Assembly (NCBI GenBank): GCA_007126675.1
Contig: SLAU01000279.1
Span: 1-39,013 of the forward strand
Direction: 5' to 3'
DNA from: Balneolaceae bacterium
GTDB taxonomy: Bacteria; Bacteroidota; Rhodothermia; Balneolales; Balneolaceae
DNA length: 39,013 bases
Below, piece after piece: positions 12,467-22,127 of the stretch (its first letter is position 1; every line of letters begins with the position of its first letter). The translations under genes were made by a program, and so were the position numbers. The notes beneath the pieces are model-generated. The model was not told the origin of the DNA and ran no database searches. It saw nothing but the letters and a program-made list of their open reading frames with translations.

Positions 12467-12805
12467 ATGGAAGACAAAGTGAACAAAAACGGAGATAAAA
12501 TTACGCCCGATCAACAGCAGCAACTATTGTTTGTGATGTTAATTCAACAACATCAGCAGATTGCTATGATGGGAATGGGGAAAACAATAAATCCCCAGAC
12601 CGAGAAAACCGAAAGAGATTTAAAGTCAGCAAAGTTTGCTATCGATACTCTCGTTATGCTTGATAAATTTACTGAGGGAAATTTGCCCAAAGAAATTAAA
12701 GATTATCTGACTCAAACTTTGACAACCTTACGACTCAATTATGCGGATGAAAAGAAAAAGGATGATTCATCCTCCTCTGATGATAAAGAAGAAGACAAAG
12801 AGTAA
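12467..12805 (+). CDS. DUF1844 domain-containing protein
   Basis: 112 aa with the pattern LKSAKFAIDTLVMLDKFTEGNL...TLRLNY and an acidic tail. Confidence 0.6.
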   Translation: MEDKVNKNGDKITPDQQQQLLFVMLIQQHQQIAMMGMGKTINPQTEKTERDLKSAKFAIDTLVMLDKFTEGNLPKEIKDYLTQTLTTLRLNYADEKKKDDSSSSDDKEEDKE

Positions 12806-12811
12806 GAGGTT

Positions 12812-13231
12812 TTGGAGAAGATCAAAGCAGGCGGGGGAGTTATTTGGCGACGGGAGGGAGATAGGCTCCAGGTCCTGGTAATTTATCGTAACGGTGTTTG
12901 GGATCTTCCAAAAGGTAAGCTCGAAGGTAAAGAATCTCTTCAGGAATGTGCAGTTCGCGAAGTTGCAGAAGAAACAGGCAGCCGGGAATTGCCAAATGCC
13001 GAAGAGTTTTTAGGAATTACTATTCATCATTATAAAGAAGGCGATATTATGATCGAAAAAGAGACTCACTGGTGGAAAATGTCTTTTGAAAACCATGATG
13101 AACATTTCGAACCGCAAGAAGAAGAGGGAATTAAAGCAGTTAAATGGGTTGATTTGACTGAAGCTGAATCAATAGTTGGCTATGATAATCTGAAGGAAGT
13201 TCTTTTCAGATTCAGGAAATCTTATTCATAA
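12812..13231 (+). CDS. NUDIX hydrolase
   Basis: Nudix box GKLEGKESLQECAVREVAEETG. The start is TTG, 6 nt after the stop of the previous gene. Confidence 0.85.
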   Translation: MEKIKAGGGVIWRREGDRLQVLVIYRNGVWDLPKGKLEGKESLQECAVREVAEETGSRELPNAEEFLGITIHHYKEGDIMIEKETHWWKMSFENHDEHFEPQEEEGIKAVKWVDLTEAESIVGYDNLKEVLFRFRKSYS

Positions 13232-13235
13232 AAAA

Positions 13236-13263
13236 AGCCCCGGTCAAATGACAGGGGCTTTTA
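13236..13263. terminator. Bidirectional rho-independent terminator between convergent NUDIX and tonB genes
   Basis: Hairpin agccccggtc-aaat-gacaggggct with one mismatch. An A7 run lies upstream, which reads as T7 for the minus-strand tonB. Four T's follow on the plus strand, counting the last stem base. Confidence 0.7.
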
Positions 13264-13281
13264 ATTCATTTGTAGCAGAAT

Positions 13282-13935
13282 TTAATTCTGTAGTCTGAAA
13301 ACGATAGGTAAGCTGTACTGTACTCTTACCGGCCGTCCACGCTGCAATCCGGGTCGGAATTGAGCTTGGCTTACAACTCGCAGTGCTTCTTCGTCAGCAC
13401 CACCGCCAATACCTCTTGTGACTACCGGATCTTCAACTTCGCCTCTTTCGTTTACAATAAACTGGATGTAAACTCTTCCTTCAATTCCTGCGCGACGAGC
13501 CATCTCAGGATAGCGTATCTGTCTTTGAAGTTCAGCAAGGCCGCCAATCAATTCTGGCATATCCTCTACAACCACGAAAAAGTCTTCTTCTTCTTCTTCA
13601 TCTGGCTCTGGTGGTGGAGGCATGCTTAACTGACCGCCTAAATCAAGATCTGCGGAAATATCGATATCAACATCTTCAATAATTTCATCATTGGGTACTT
13701 CTACAGGAACCGGAGGACGCGGAGGCGGGGGAGGTGTTTCAATTTGTCTGGTTTGAATAATCTCCTCCATCTCTACAATCTCCTGTTCATCCATCACAAA
13801 TTCTTCTGGACCTAAACTTGTGATATCTACTTTCACCGCAATAATGAAAATAACAAGAGTAATTAACATACCCGATTGCAAAAGAATCGTGTAGTATTTT
13901 CTTAAATCTGCTTCTGGTTTTTTGCGTTCAAACAT
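13282..13935 (-). CDS. tonB: Energy transducer TonB
   Basis: N-terminal TM anchor, a Pro-rich and acidic linker (PPPPPRPPVPVEVP, EEEEE) and a TonB C-terminal domain (YPEMARRAGIEGRVYIQFIV...). Confidence 0.85.
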   Translation of the reverse strand: MFERKKPEADLRKYYTILLQSGMLITLVIFIIAVKVDITSLGPEEFVMDEQEIVEMEEIIQTRQIETPPPPPRPPVPVEVPNDEIIEDVDIDISADLDLGGQLSMPPPPEPDEEEEEDFFVVVEDMPELIGGLAELQRQIRYPEMARRAGIEGRVYIQFIVNERGEVEDPVVTRGIGGGADEEALRVVSQAQFRPGLQRGRPVRVQYSLPIVFRLQN

Positions 13936-14031
13936 TACTTTGTGTCTATTTTGTTAAACAAGTGGTGAAGTATACATAATATACCTACAACTATCCAACG
14001 GGTTCCTGCTGTTCATTATTATTTTTTTGTT

Positions 14032-14442
14032 CTAACGCTTTCTGAGAAACTCGCGGTACTTACTTTGTAAAACAGCTAATACAATAACGGCAAAGAAACT
14101 CCCAATAACATCAGCAATAACGTCGTAAATGCTTGGGGTTCTGTCATATGGCAACAATCCTTGCGCAACTTCTGTTCCGATTCCAAAGAGTGCACCGATC
14201 AAAAATATGAGCCATATCCGAACTTTTTTTTCACTTTTGATCATCCATGAAAAGCCAAAAAGCAGTGTCCAGCCAAAAAACATCATAAAATGGCCTAACT
14301 TATCGTATCTGAACAATTCAACGTTTTTGAAATTTCCCGGAGGTAATAATGTGAGCAACAGGGTTGCGATAGTAAAAAGCAAAAACAGTGTATAAACTAC
14401 GTATTTGTGCTTTGCTAAAAATGATATGGTTCTTCCGGTCAT
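14032..14442 (-). CDS. VanZ family membrane protein
   Basis: A 136-aa protein with four TM segments and the DKLGHFMMF motif. Its start overlaps the nnr stop by 4 nt. Confidence 0.7.
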   Translation of the reverse strand: MTGRTISFLAKHKYVVYTLFLLFTIATLLLTLLPPGNFKNVELFRYDKLGHFMMFFGWTLLFGFSWMIKSEKKVRIWLIFLIGALFGIGTEVAQGLLPYDRTPSIYDVIADVIGSFFAVIVLAVLQSKYREFLRKR

Positions 14443-15968
14443 AAAAGCGATGATGGCTTAAACTCGTCTTTATTTTTCAAGGTCAGATACTTCTGATATC
14501 CTTCTGCAAGAGCATGAACAACAGATGGAGTAATCTTACTTGTGATAGCGATATTGGCAGCAATAGTTCCTGCCAGTACATCACCAAAACCGGCTCTTGA
14601 AAAAATTCGGTTGTCATAACCGGTGATAAATTGTTGATTTACAAAATCCGAATATATAGCCGGAAAGCCTTTTGAAAGAATGGAGATAGATTCTTTTTCT
14701 GTCAGTTTTTTCAGTTCCTCCAATCTTTTTGCATCATCTTTTTCTGAGATATTGAAATATCCGGACAGTTCTCCAGGGTGTGGAGTGAACACCCAATTCT
14801 TTTTCTTGCTCGTATCTGCATTTCGCAATTCTGGCCAGGCATTCAGTGCATCGGCATCTATAACTGCCGGCAGGTCACAGTCAGTCAATATTTTTACAAT
14901 TAAATCTGTAGTCTCAGGTTTGATTCCAACTCCGGGACCAACAACCAGTACACCGGGCTTATCGTTTAATTTTGATAATATGGTTTCGGCATGATCTGCG
15001 GTGAAATATGCATCAGTATCAATTCCAACAGGAACTTTGATAATTTCAGGCAGAGCAGTTTCATAAACCGGCAGCAACTTCTTAGGGCTATACAGTATAA
15101 CGGCACCCGCACCGGAATTCCAGGCAGATTTTGCGGCCATGATAGCTGCCCCGGTTAACCCCTCAGAGCCGGCAAGTATATGTACGGTTCCATCATGATA
15201 TTTGTGATCGGCTACTCTGGCCATGGGACCGGTAATATCCGTGATACTTTCATCAATCAAAGCAGCATTAAACTCTCTGAGATTTGACGGAAAGGAGAGG
15301 GGAAAGGCCTTTATATGTCCGGTAACTTCCGGGCCCTTGTTTAAATAGAACCCGATTTTATTACTTCCGAATGTTAGAGTGTAATCAGCTTTTATTGCGG
15401 TGCCTAGTATGTTACCGCTGTCACAATCAAGGCCGGTGGGAATATCGAGCGAAAAAACGGTTGTTTTTTTCGAGCTTGCCAAACCTGCTAATTTTACCGA
15501 GTTGATTACTTTTGAGTAGTTTTCCCTGATCTTATCTTTTAATCCTGTGCCCAGCAGTCCATCAACAATATAATCGAAATCAGAGATATCTATTTTATCC
15601 AAACTGCTCAGATATTTGAGATCGTCGTTTTCAATTTTCTGAAGCAGTTCATGGTTTTTTTGAGTATCCGGGCTTAAATCTTCCGTTCCCTCAATAAAAA
15701 ACAGAGATACTTTATGCTGATAATTATCAGAAAGGTGCCGGGCAGCTACCAATGCATCACCTGCATTGTTTCCTTTACCGCAAAGGAATAATCCTTTTTT
15801 TAAATTATTCTGAGTGTTCGCAATAAACTTTGCGGATTCCAGACCGGCAATCTCCATCAATGTAAATCCGCTGATGCCAAAGTTTTCAATTGTTTGATGA
15901 TCAAGCTCCCTGTTTTGCCGGCGAGTGGCAAGTTGCAGTTTAAACGGTATTGGAAGCTCACTTTTCAT
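14439..15968 (-). CDS. nnr: Bifunctional NAD(P)H-hydrate epimerase / ADP-dependent NAD(P)H-hydrate dehydratase
   Basis: 509 aa with an N-terminal YjeF_N domain (GKGNNAGDALVAARHL) and a C-terminal carbohydrate-kinase domain (GFGDVLAG). Confidence 0.9.
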   Translation of the reverse strand: MKSELPIPFKLQLATRRQNRELDHQTIENFGISGFTLMEIAGLESAKFIANTQNNLKKGLFLCGKGNNAGDALVAARHLSDNYQHKVSLFFIEGTEDLSPDTQKNHELLQKIENDDLKYLSSLDKIDISDFDYIVDGLLGTGLKDKIRENYSKVINSVKLAGLASSKKTTVFSLDIPTGLDCDSGNILGTAIKADYTLTFGSNKIGFYLNKGPEVTGHIKAFPLSFPSNLREFNAALIDESITDITGPMARVADHKYHDGTVHILAGSEGLTGAAIMAAKSAWNSGAGAVILYSPKKLLPVYETALPEIIKVPVGIDTDAYFTADHAETILSKLNDKPGVLVVGPGVGIKPETTDLIVKILTDCDLPAVIDADALNAWPELRNADTSKKKNWVFTPHPGELSGYFNISEKDDAKRLEELKKLTEKESISILSKGFPAIYSDFVNQQFITGYDNRIFSRAGFGDVLAGTIAANIAITSKITPSVVHALAEGYQKYLTLKNKDEFKPSSLL

Positions 15969-15980
15969 GAATGAATTGAA

Positions 15981-17447
15981 TTAATAGGAGCGTGCAAAAA
16001 GCACCCTGCGTTCCGATTTATTACCGGTAACCATGCACTTGCCCGGCTCGGCGGTTTCTTTAAAGGGAATACAGCGGATTGTAGCTTTCGTTTCTTCCTT
16101 AATTTTTTCTTCCGTTTCTGCCGTTCCATCCCAGTGTGCATAGATAAAACCGCCGTCTTCAATCTCTTTTTTAAACTGATCGTAGGTTTCAACCGTGCGT
16201 GTGCTGTCATCCATCCGTTTTTTGGCGGAGTTGAACAGATCGGCCTGAATTGTATCCAGAAGATCTTTGATACGCGGACCAATTCCATCAGCCGGTACAA
16301 TGTTTTTCTCCAGAGTGTCTCGTCGTGCGAGTTCAAGGTTGCCTTTTTCCACATCACGGGGACCTACTGCAATTCGGAGCGGAGTACCCTGTGCTTCGTG
16401 TTCGGCAAATTTCCAGCCCGGTTTATAATTGTCACGGTTATCAAGCTTAACGGTGATGCCATGGCTTTCCAGTTCTTTAATGATCGGTTCGGCATAGCTG
16501 ATTACGGCTTCACGCTGTTCTTCGCCGCGATATATGGGTACCACAACTACCTGGTAAGGCGCAAGTTTTGGAGGCAGAATCAGGCCGTTATCATCAGAGT
16601 GGGTCATAATCAGACCGCCGATCAGTCTGGTTGATACACCCCAGCTTGTAGCCCACACATATTTGTGTTCGCCATCGGTATCCTGGAACTTCACATCAAA
16701 AGCTTTGGCAAAGTTTTGTCCCAAAAAGTGTGATGTTCCGGCCTGCAGTGCTTTCCCGTCCTGCATCAGTGCTTCGATACAATAGGTATCAACAGCACCT
16801 GCAAAACGCTCTGATGCCGTTTTCACACCGGTTTTAACCGGCATCGCCATAAACTCTTCGGCAAATGTGCGATACACTTCCAGCATTTGCTCGGTTTCTT
16901 CAATCGCTTCTTCTTTTGTGGCGTGTGCGGTGTGGCCTTCCTGCCATAAAAATTCCATTGTGCGCAAAAATAGCCGTGTACGCATTTCCCAGCGCACCAC
17001 ATTGGCCCACTGGTTAATCAGTATGGGAAGATCCCTGTACGATTGTATCCAGTTTCGATAAGAATCCCAGATTATGGTTTCAGAAGTGGGGCGCACAATC
17101 AGTTCCTCATCCAGCCGTGATTCAGGATCAACTTCAACACCACCTTCTACACTTTTTAATTTGCTGTGAGTAATTACGGCGCACTCTTTTGCAAACCCTT
17201 CAACGTGCTGTGCTTCTTTTGAGAGAAATGATTTGGGAATAAACAGCGGGAAATAGGCATTTTCGTGGCCTGTGTCCTTAAACATCTGGTCGAGACCCGC
17301 TTTCATATTTTCCCAGAGGGCAAAACCGTGCGGACGAATAACCATACAGCCGCGAACCGGAGAGTGATCAGCCAGTTTGGCTTCTTTAATTACATCAATG
17401 TACCACTGTGAATAGTCTTCGTTTCTGTTTGTGATCCGTTTTGCCAT
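15981..17447 (-). CDS. proS: Proline--tRNA ligase (archaeal/eukaryote-like type)
   Basis: 488 aa starting [33 protein letters not shown], with class II aaRS motifs and C-terminal ...FARSY. Confidence 0.95.
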   Translation of the reverse strand: MAKRITNRNEDYSQWYIDVIKEAKLADHSPVRGCMVIRPHGFALWENMKAGLDQMFKDTGHENAYFPLFIPKSFLSKEAQHVEGFAKECAVITHSKLKSVEGGVEVDPESRLDEELIVRPTSETIIWDSYRNWIQSYRDLPILINQWANVVRWEMRTRLFLRTMEFLWQEGHTAHATKEEAIEETEQMLEVYRTFAEEFMAMPVKTGVKTASERFAGAVDTYCIEALMQDGKALQAGTSHFLGQNFAKAFDVKFQDTDGEHKYVWATSWGVSTRLIGGLIMTHSDDNGLILPPKLAPYQVVVVPIYRGEEQREAVISYAEPIIKELESHGITVKLDNRDNYKPGWKFAEHEAQGTPLRIAVGPRDVEKGNLELARRDTLEKNIVPADGIGPRIKDLLDTIQADLFNSAKKRMDDSTRTVETYDQFKKEIEDGGFIYAHWDGTAETEEKIKEETKATIRCIPFKETAEPGKCMVTGNKSERRVLFARSY

Positions 17448-17571
17448 CAGGTAAATGTAGTCTTTTATTTTTATTCACGGGAAAATACCCCGATATGAAC
17501 TCAAGAGAAAGCCTGAATTTTAATTGCAGGAGGTAAAAACTGAATAGAGATCGGTTATTTAGCCGTTTGAA

Positions 17572-18387
17572 TTATTGATTTATAACCTCAAGAAGTTCTA
17601 CTTCGAAAATCAATACTGCTCCGGGAATGATCCTGCTGCCTTGGGGCGGATTATTTCCATAGGCAATATCTGCCGGCATGAACAGCTCATAGGTACTTCC
17701 TTCATTCATGAGTTGCAATCCCTCAGTGAAGCCCTGAATAGTAAATTCCAATTCAAAGTCAACATCATCTCCCTCATCAAAAACGTAACCGTTCGTGAAG
17801 GTTCCTTTGTAATTTACGTTAGCAATACTGTTTTCATCTGGCGATTCTCCGTCACCTTCTTCAATTACACGGTACTGTAGGCCGCTTTCTGTAACATTTA
17901 CATCTTCTCTTTCGGCATTTGCTTCAAGAAAATCTTCTGGTATTTCAAGAAATGAATCCATTACGATATTGAAGTAATACACTCTGCCATCCTGAACGGC
18001 AAGATCGGTAGGCAATACAATTTCGATATTTGCTCCGGGTGACATCAAAAGAATGCCCTCAGCTAAGCCGGGGAAAAAATCAAACTGTGAGGGATTAGGC
18101 AGTATAAAATCAAGATTGGTTCCTGTGTCGAACTCATCCAGTCTGTCAACCGAATAACCGGTATAAGTAACAAATGACCAGTTATCTTCACCGGGAAAGT
18201 TTCCATCTCCTTCTTCAATAATCCGGTATAACAAACCGGTGTCGGTTATTTCTACTCCTTCTTTAGCGGCGAATTCTTCAAGAAAGGCAATATCTTCGGT
18301 GTCGTCATACGCATCAGGTGTATTTGGAGATCCCAAACAGCCGGCTAAAAAAATGGCTAATGACAGTAGAATTATGGTGTTTCTCAT
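17572..18387 (-). CDS. FKBP-type peptidyl-prolyl cis-trans isomerase lipoprotein (two FKBP-like halves)
   Basis: Lipobox LAGC. The C-terminal half reads GLQYRVIEEGDG...YKGTFTNGYVFD...IPGAVLIFEVELLEV, and the N-terminal half is a degenerate repeat of it. Confidence 0.85.
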   Translation of the reverse strand: MRNTIILLSLAIFLAGCLGSPNTPDAYDDTEDIAFLEEFAAKEGVEITDTGLLYRIIEEGDGNFPGEDNWSFVTYTGYSVDRLDEFDTGTNLDFILPNPSQFDFFPGLAEGILLMSPGANIEIVLPTDLAVQDGRVYYFNIVMDSFLEIPEDFLEANAEREDVNVTESGLQYRVIEEGDGESPDENSIANVNYKGTFTNGYVFDEGDDVDFELEFTIQGFTEGLQLMNEGSTYELFMPADIAYGNNPPQGSRIIPGAVLIFEVELLEVINQ

Positions 18388-18452
18388 AACTAATTAAGAA
18401 TAAATGTGCTAAAGTTTACTAACGTATGGATTAAAAAAACTGTTTTATCAGG

Positions 18453-18923
18453 TTATAGAATAGCAGAATCCGGCAGTTTGGCGATCTGCATTTTCATCAA
18501 ATTTAAATCTTCAGGAATTGAATGCTCAAGAGCAGCAGATAATTCGTTGTTGTAAAACTCTTCGTTTGTAAAATCACTCCAGAACGCCCGCTGATTGTCA
18601 ATCACCGGTATTAATTCATCAATTTTATCGGCAGGAAAATAAAGCAATAACCTGTGAAGCTCTTCAAACTGATCATTAATCTCACCCGAAACTGTTACAA
18701 AAAAAGGTGGGAAAGCCTGTTCATTTTCGAGCAGATTATGCAAACTGTAACAGTTGTGTTTAATTCTGCTCCAAAGTTTTATGATGGTACGTTTATTTAC
18801 TTTTACCTGTTGGTTGTGCCGGTATGCGTGAAAATTTCGGGCCAGTTTATTTCCTGAAATAATGGAAACAGCGGTGGCTGCTGCGGCTAATTTTTGAGCA
18901 AAAGATAGATTTAATTCGGCCAT
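18453..18923 (-). CDS. Hypothetical protein (no family recognised)
   Basis: A 156-aa ORF directly downstream of pyrE, overlapping its 3' end by 13 nt. The call rests only on ORF length and operon position. Confidence 0.55.
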   Translation of the reverse strand: MAELNLSFAQKLAAAATAVSIISGNKLARNFHAYRHNQQVKVNKRTIIKLWSRIKHNCYSLHNLLENEQAFPPFFVTVSGEINDQFEELHRLLLYFPADKIDELIPVIDNQRAFWSDFTNEEFYNNELSAALEHSIPEDLNLMKMQIAKLPDSAIL

Positions 18924-19576
18924 GTATCAGGTGTTTCTCTCCATGCATTCAGCATTTCAAGATCGGATTCTTTAACGAAGTTCTCTTCCAACGCAACATT
19001 TATCAGTGTGGTATAATCAGTAAGTGCATAAACGGGAATATTCAGTTCTTTGAACCGGTTATTTGCCTTATCAAATCCGTAAGAAAAAATGGTGAATACT
19101 GCTTTTACGTCTGCACCGATAAACTGCAAAGCTTCGATAACAGAAATTGCTGAGCCGCCGGTTGAGATCAAATCTTCGATTACAATAGTGGATTGCCCTT
19201 TGTTTACACCACCTTCAATCTGATTTCCAAGTCCGTACGATTTTGCTTTAGCTCGTACATAAGCAAGCGGCATGTTCATTTTTTGAGCTACCCATGCGGC
19301 ATGCGGAATGCCGGCGGTTGCCGTGCCAGTAATTACTTCAACTTCCGGTGTTTTTGACCGGATAATTTTAAGAAAAGAATCTGCAATTTTTTCTCTGATT
19401 TCAGGATAAGATAGTGTGAGCCTGTTATCACAATAAATCGGTGAGTTCCAGCCCGAAGACCATGTAAATGGTTTGTTGGGTTGCAATACAACTGCATTGA
19501 TATTCAATAGCGACTTTGCAAGTTCTCGCGAATACTCTTTATCTATTATTGTATGGTATGTATGGGTATTTATCAT
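18911..19576 (-). CDS. pyrE: Orotate phosphoribosyltransferase
   Basis: 221 aa with the PRPP-binding motif VIEDLISTGGS. Confidence 0.92.
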   Translation of the reverse strand: MINTHTYHTIIDKEYSRELAKSLLNINAVVLQPNKPFTWSSGWNSPIYCDNRLTLSYPEIREKIADSFLKIIRSKTPEVEVITGTATAGIPHAAWVAQKMNMPLAYVRAKAKSYGLGNQIEGGVNKGQSTIVIEDLISTGGSAISVIEALQFIGADVKAVFTIFSYGFDKANNRFKELNIPVYALTDYTTLINVALEENFVKESDLEMLNAWRETPDTWPN

Positions 19577-19668
19577 AATTAGTTAATTGGTCATTCAAAT
19601 GTATCTGTAGTTTAAAAACACCAGATTAAAAACCTGTTGTTATCTCTTTGATACCTCTATGTTAGATT

Positions 19669-20163
19669 TCAGATAAGATTTGAAATGAGGAATAACAATC
19701 CTTCCAGGCATATGAGTGCATAGATTCCTGCAAGAATATCATCAAACAATATACCATATTTTCCGTCTAATTTCTGCAATCGATTGATGCCAAGTGGTTT
19801 TGCAATATCAAAAATCCTGAAAAAGATAAAGCCTGTAAGTATAATTGCAATATCAGGATAGAACTGAAAGTGAAACGGTATGGTAAGAAAGGGGATAGTT
19901 TGGCCTGCACATTCATCCATTACAAATTCGGGCGGGTCGTCCCCAAAGCGTTCCACATTTTCGCGTGTGCTCCAGAAAGAAAGCAGGATGGTGCATATCA
20001 GCAAGGCAAACATTCCGGGGTATGACCCATAAAAAGCCACAATGTATATAACGGGCAGAAAAAGGAGGCTGCCCCAGGTGCCCGGCGCTTTAGGCAGCAG
20101 GCCTGCTCCTAAAAAAGTGCCTGTCAAATACTTCAGGGTTTTCAAAGGTGAACCTGAACTCAT
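19669..20163 (-). CDS. pgpA: Phosphatidylglycerophosphatase A
   Basis: A 164-aa membrane protein with GTWGS and FRIFDIAKP...FDDILAGIYA motifs. It overlaps pgsA by 4 nt. Confidence 0.85.
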   Translation of the reverse strand: MSSGSPLKTLKYLTGTFLGAGLLPKAPGTWGSLLFLPVIYIVAFYGSYPGMFALLICTILLSFWSTRENVERFGDDPPEFVMDECAGQTIPFLTIPFHFQFYPDIAIILTGFIFFRIFDIAKPLGINRLQKLDGKYGILFDDILAGIYALICLEGLLFLISNLI

Positions 20164-20747
20164 TTCTTTTCGCGCTTGAACAGGTGACGATTTACCACCA
20201 GATATTCAATTCCTGAATAAACTGTGATAACAACTACCACTATCATTGCCCAGTAAAAAATATCTGCAGAAAAAACCCACTGTGTAAGGTCAGCTAATGC
20301 ACCGGGAATGATTAAAAAGAGCCCGAATAGCAGGGCAACATACAGAAAACCCATCTGTACAGCGGTTTTCGCTTTTGCTGTTACGCGGGTTTGCATTACA
20401 ATGCCCTGACGATCCGCAAATATTCGTAGTAGTGTAATTGTGATGTCGCGGATAACGATTACAATGACGGCCCACCATGGAAATTGCGAAGGATCAAGAA
20501 ATGGAAGGCAAACAAAGCCTGCAAACGTCAAAAATTTATCTGCGAGCGGATCAAGAAAAATTCCAAGATCGGATTCAACTTCATATCTGCGAGCGTAATA
20601 ACCATCAAAAATGTCGGTAAGAGCAGCTATTAAAAAAACAAAAAGACTTATTGACCGGAGTAAAATGTCGTCCTGTATAAACAATACAAGGAATATCGGG
20701 GCCATTAACATCCGGAAGCCGCTTAGTATGTTCGGTATTTTTTCCAC
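20160..20747 (-). CDS. pgsA: CDP-diacylglycerol--glycerol-3-phosphate 3-phosphatidyltransferase (CDP-alcohol phosphatidyltransferase family)
   Basis: The signature DGYYARRYEVESDLGIFLDPLADK matches Dx2DGx2ARx8Gx3Dx3D. Confidence 0.85.
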   Translation of the reverse strand: MEKIPNILSGFRMLMAPIFLVLFIQDDILLRSISLFVFLIAALTDIFDGYYARRYEVESDLGIFLDPLADKFLTFAGFVCLPFLDPSQFPWWAVIVIVIRDITITLLRIFADRQGIVMQTRVTAKAKTAVQMGFLYVALLFGLFLIIPGALADLTQWVFSADIFYWAMIVVVVITVYSGIEYLVVNRHLFKREKK

Positions 20748-20837
20748 GCTTAAAGGTAAGAGTGTTTAAATTAATTGTTAAGAAGATTTTTTAATGAAAT
20801 TTCATCAATGCCGAGCAAAATCCTATTTTCATGATCT

Positions 20838-22127
20838 ATGAGAAAAGGCCGAGTAATTTCAATTGGTAATGAACTGCTGATTGGTGACACAATTAATACG
20901 AATGCTGCCTGGCTGGGCCGCTTTTTGACTGAAAAAGGTTTCACTAACGACCAGATAATCACCCTGCCCGACGGGTATGAGGTGATTTTTAATGCTGTAC
21001 ATGATGCGATTCAGACAGCTGATTTGACCATTATCACCGGCGGATTAGGGCCAACCCACGATGATATAACCAAAAAAGTACTGGCAGATCTGTTCGACTC
21101 AAAACTGGTTGAGAACGAAAATGTTTTGAATCATATCAAAAAAATATTTGAAAAACGCGGTTTTCAGTTAAGTAAATCGAATATTGAACAGGCGCTTGTG
21201 CCGGATAATTGTGAAGTTCTGTTTAATAAACAGGGAACGGCACCCGGCATGCTGTTTAGCAGGAATGGAAAGTATGTTGCAGCCCTGCCGGGCGTACCTT
21301 ATGAAATGAAATGGATTACAGAAAATCAGTTAAGTGAAAAATTACAGGTCTATTTTCCCGACAGTGAACTATGGGCAACCCGGTATTACAAAACTGCCGG
21401 AGTACCCGAAAGTACGCTCAGCGACGATGTAATTGGTGACTTGTCAGACTTTTTAAACAATGGTGTGGAAATTGCATATTTGCCTTCTCCAGGCGGAGTT
21501 ACTATCCGGGCTGGAGTTAGTGCACTAAGCGAACCTGAAGCGGATAAAAAACTGCGTTTACTGAATGAGTATATCTACGAAAAAGCTGAGGATATTATTT
21601 TTGGAGAAGGGCGGGAGTACTCATTATCAGAGGCGGTAGGTGAGCTGCTTGCGCAGCAATCCAAAACGATTGCAGTTGCTGAAAGCTGTACGGGTGGCCT
21701 GCTTTCAAACAGCTTGACGGATATACCGGGCAGCAGCCGGTATGTAAAAGGCGGTGTTGTTGCATATGAAAATGATGTAAAAGTAAACCTGCTAAAAGTA
21801 TCTGAACCTGAGATGGAGCAATTTGGAGCTGTAAGCAAACAAGTTGCTCTGCAAATGGCCAGGGGAGTGGCAGAAAAATTGAATGCGGATATCGGAGTTT
21901 CTACCACGGGAATAGCCGGACCCGATGGCGGCACTGAAGATAAACCGGTAGGTACAGTGTGGCTCGGATTTTGGATTAATGGTGAAAACTTTGCGATACA
22001 TGCACTTTTTACAAATGATCGTATCATCAACAAAGAGCGAACTGTAATGGTTGCCCTCGAAACAATAAGGCGCCGCTTGAAGGGTTTAAAAAGCTATCCC
22101 TATAATCTAAAACCTGACTACAGTTGA
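20838..22127 (+). CDS. cinA: CinA-family competence/damage-inducible protein (NMN amidohydrolase type)
   Basis: 429 aa with an N-terminal MoCF-binding domain (VISIGNELLIGDTINTNAAWL) and a C-terminal CinA/PncC domain (AVAESCTGGLL). Confidence 0.9.
   Translation: MRKGRVISIGNELLIGDTINTNAAWLGRFLTEKGFTNDQIITLPDGYEVIFNAVHDAIQTADLTIITGGLGPTHDDITKKVLADLFDSKLVENENVLNHIKKIFEKRGFQLSKSNIEQALVPDNCEVLFNKQGTAPGMLFSRNGKYVAALPGVPYEMKWITENQLSEKLQVYFPDSELWATRYYKTAGVPESTLSDDVIGDLSDFLNNGVEIAYLPSPGGVTIRAGVSALSEPEADKKLRLLNEYIYEKAEDIIFGEGREYSLSEAVGELLAQQSKTIAVAESCTGGLLSNSLTDIPGSSRYVKGGVVAYENDVKVNLLKVSEPEMEQFGAVSKQVALQMARGVAEKLNADIGVSTTGIAGPDGGTEDKPVGTVWLGFWINGENFAIHALFTNDRIINKERTVMVALETIRRRLKGLKSYPYNLKPDYS

Noticed and set aside
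13560-13745. Repetitive cttcttcttctt and ggaggNgg tracts within tonB.
   Set aside because: They encode the poly-Glu and poly-Pro linker normal for TonB proteins. All are multiples of 3 nt, so they are not a frameshift-type switch.
15965-16634. Long ORFs inside or antisense to proS (15965-16357 minus, 16134-16634 plus). Similar ones occur within rpoC, cinA, the 22124-24094 gene and pgk, for example 21575-22033, 22622-23194 and 32576-33235.
   Set aside because: They lie entirely within well-supported conserved genes in other frames or on the other strand. They have low-complexity or biased composition and no recognisable motifs. They are shadow ORFs.
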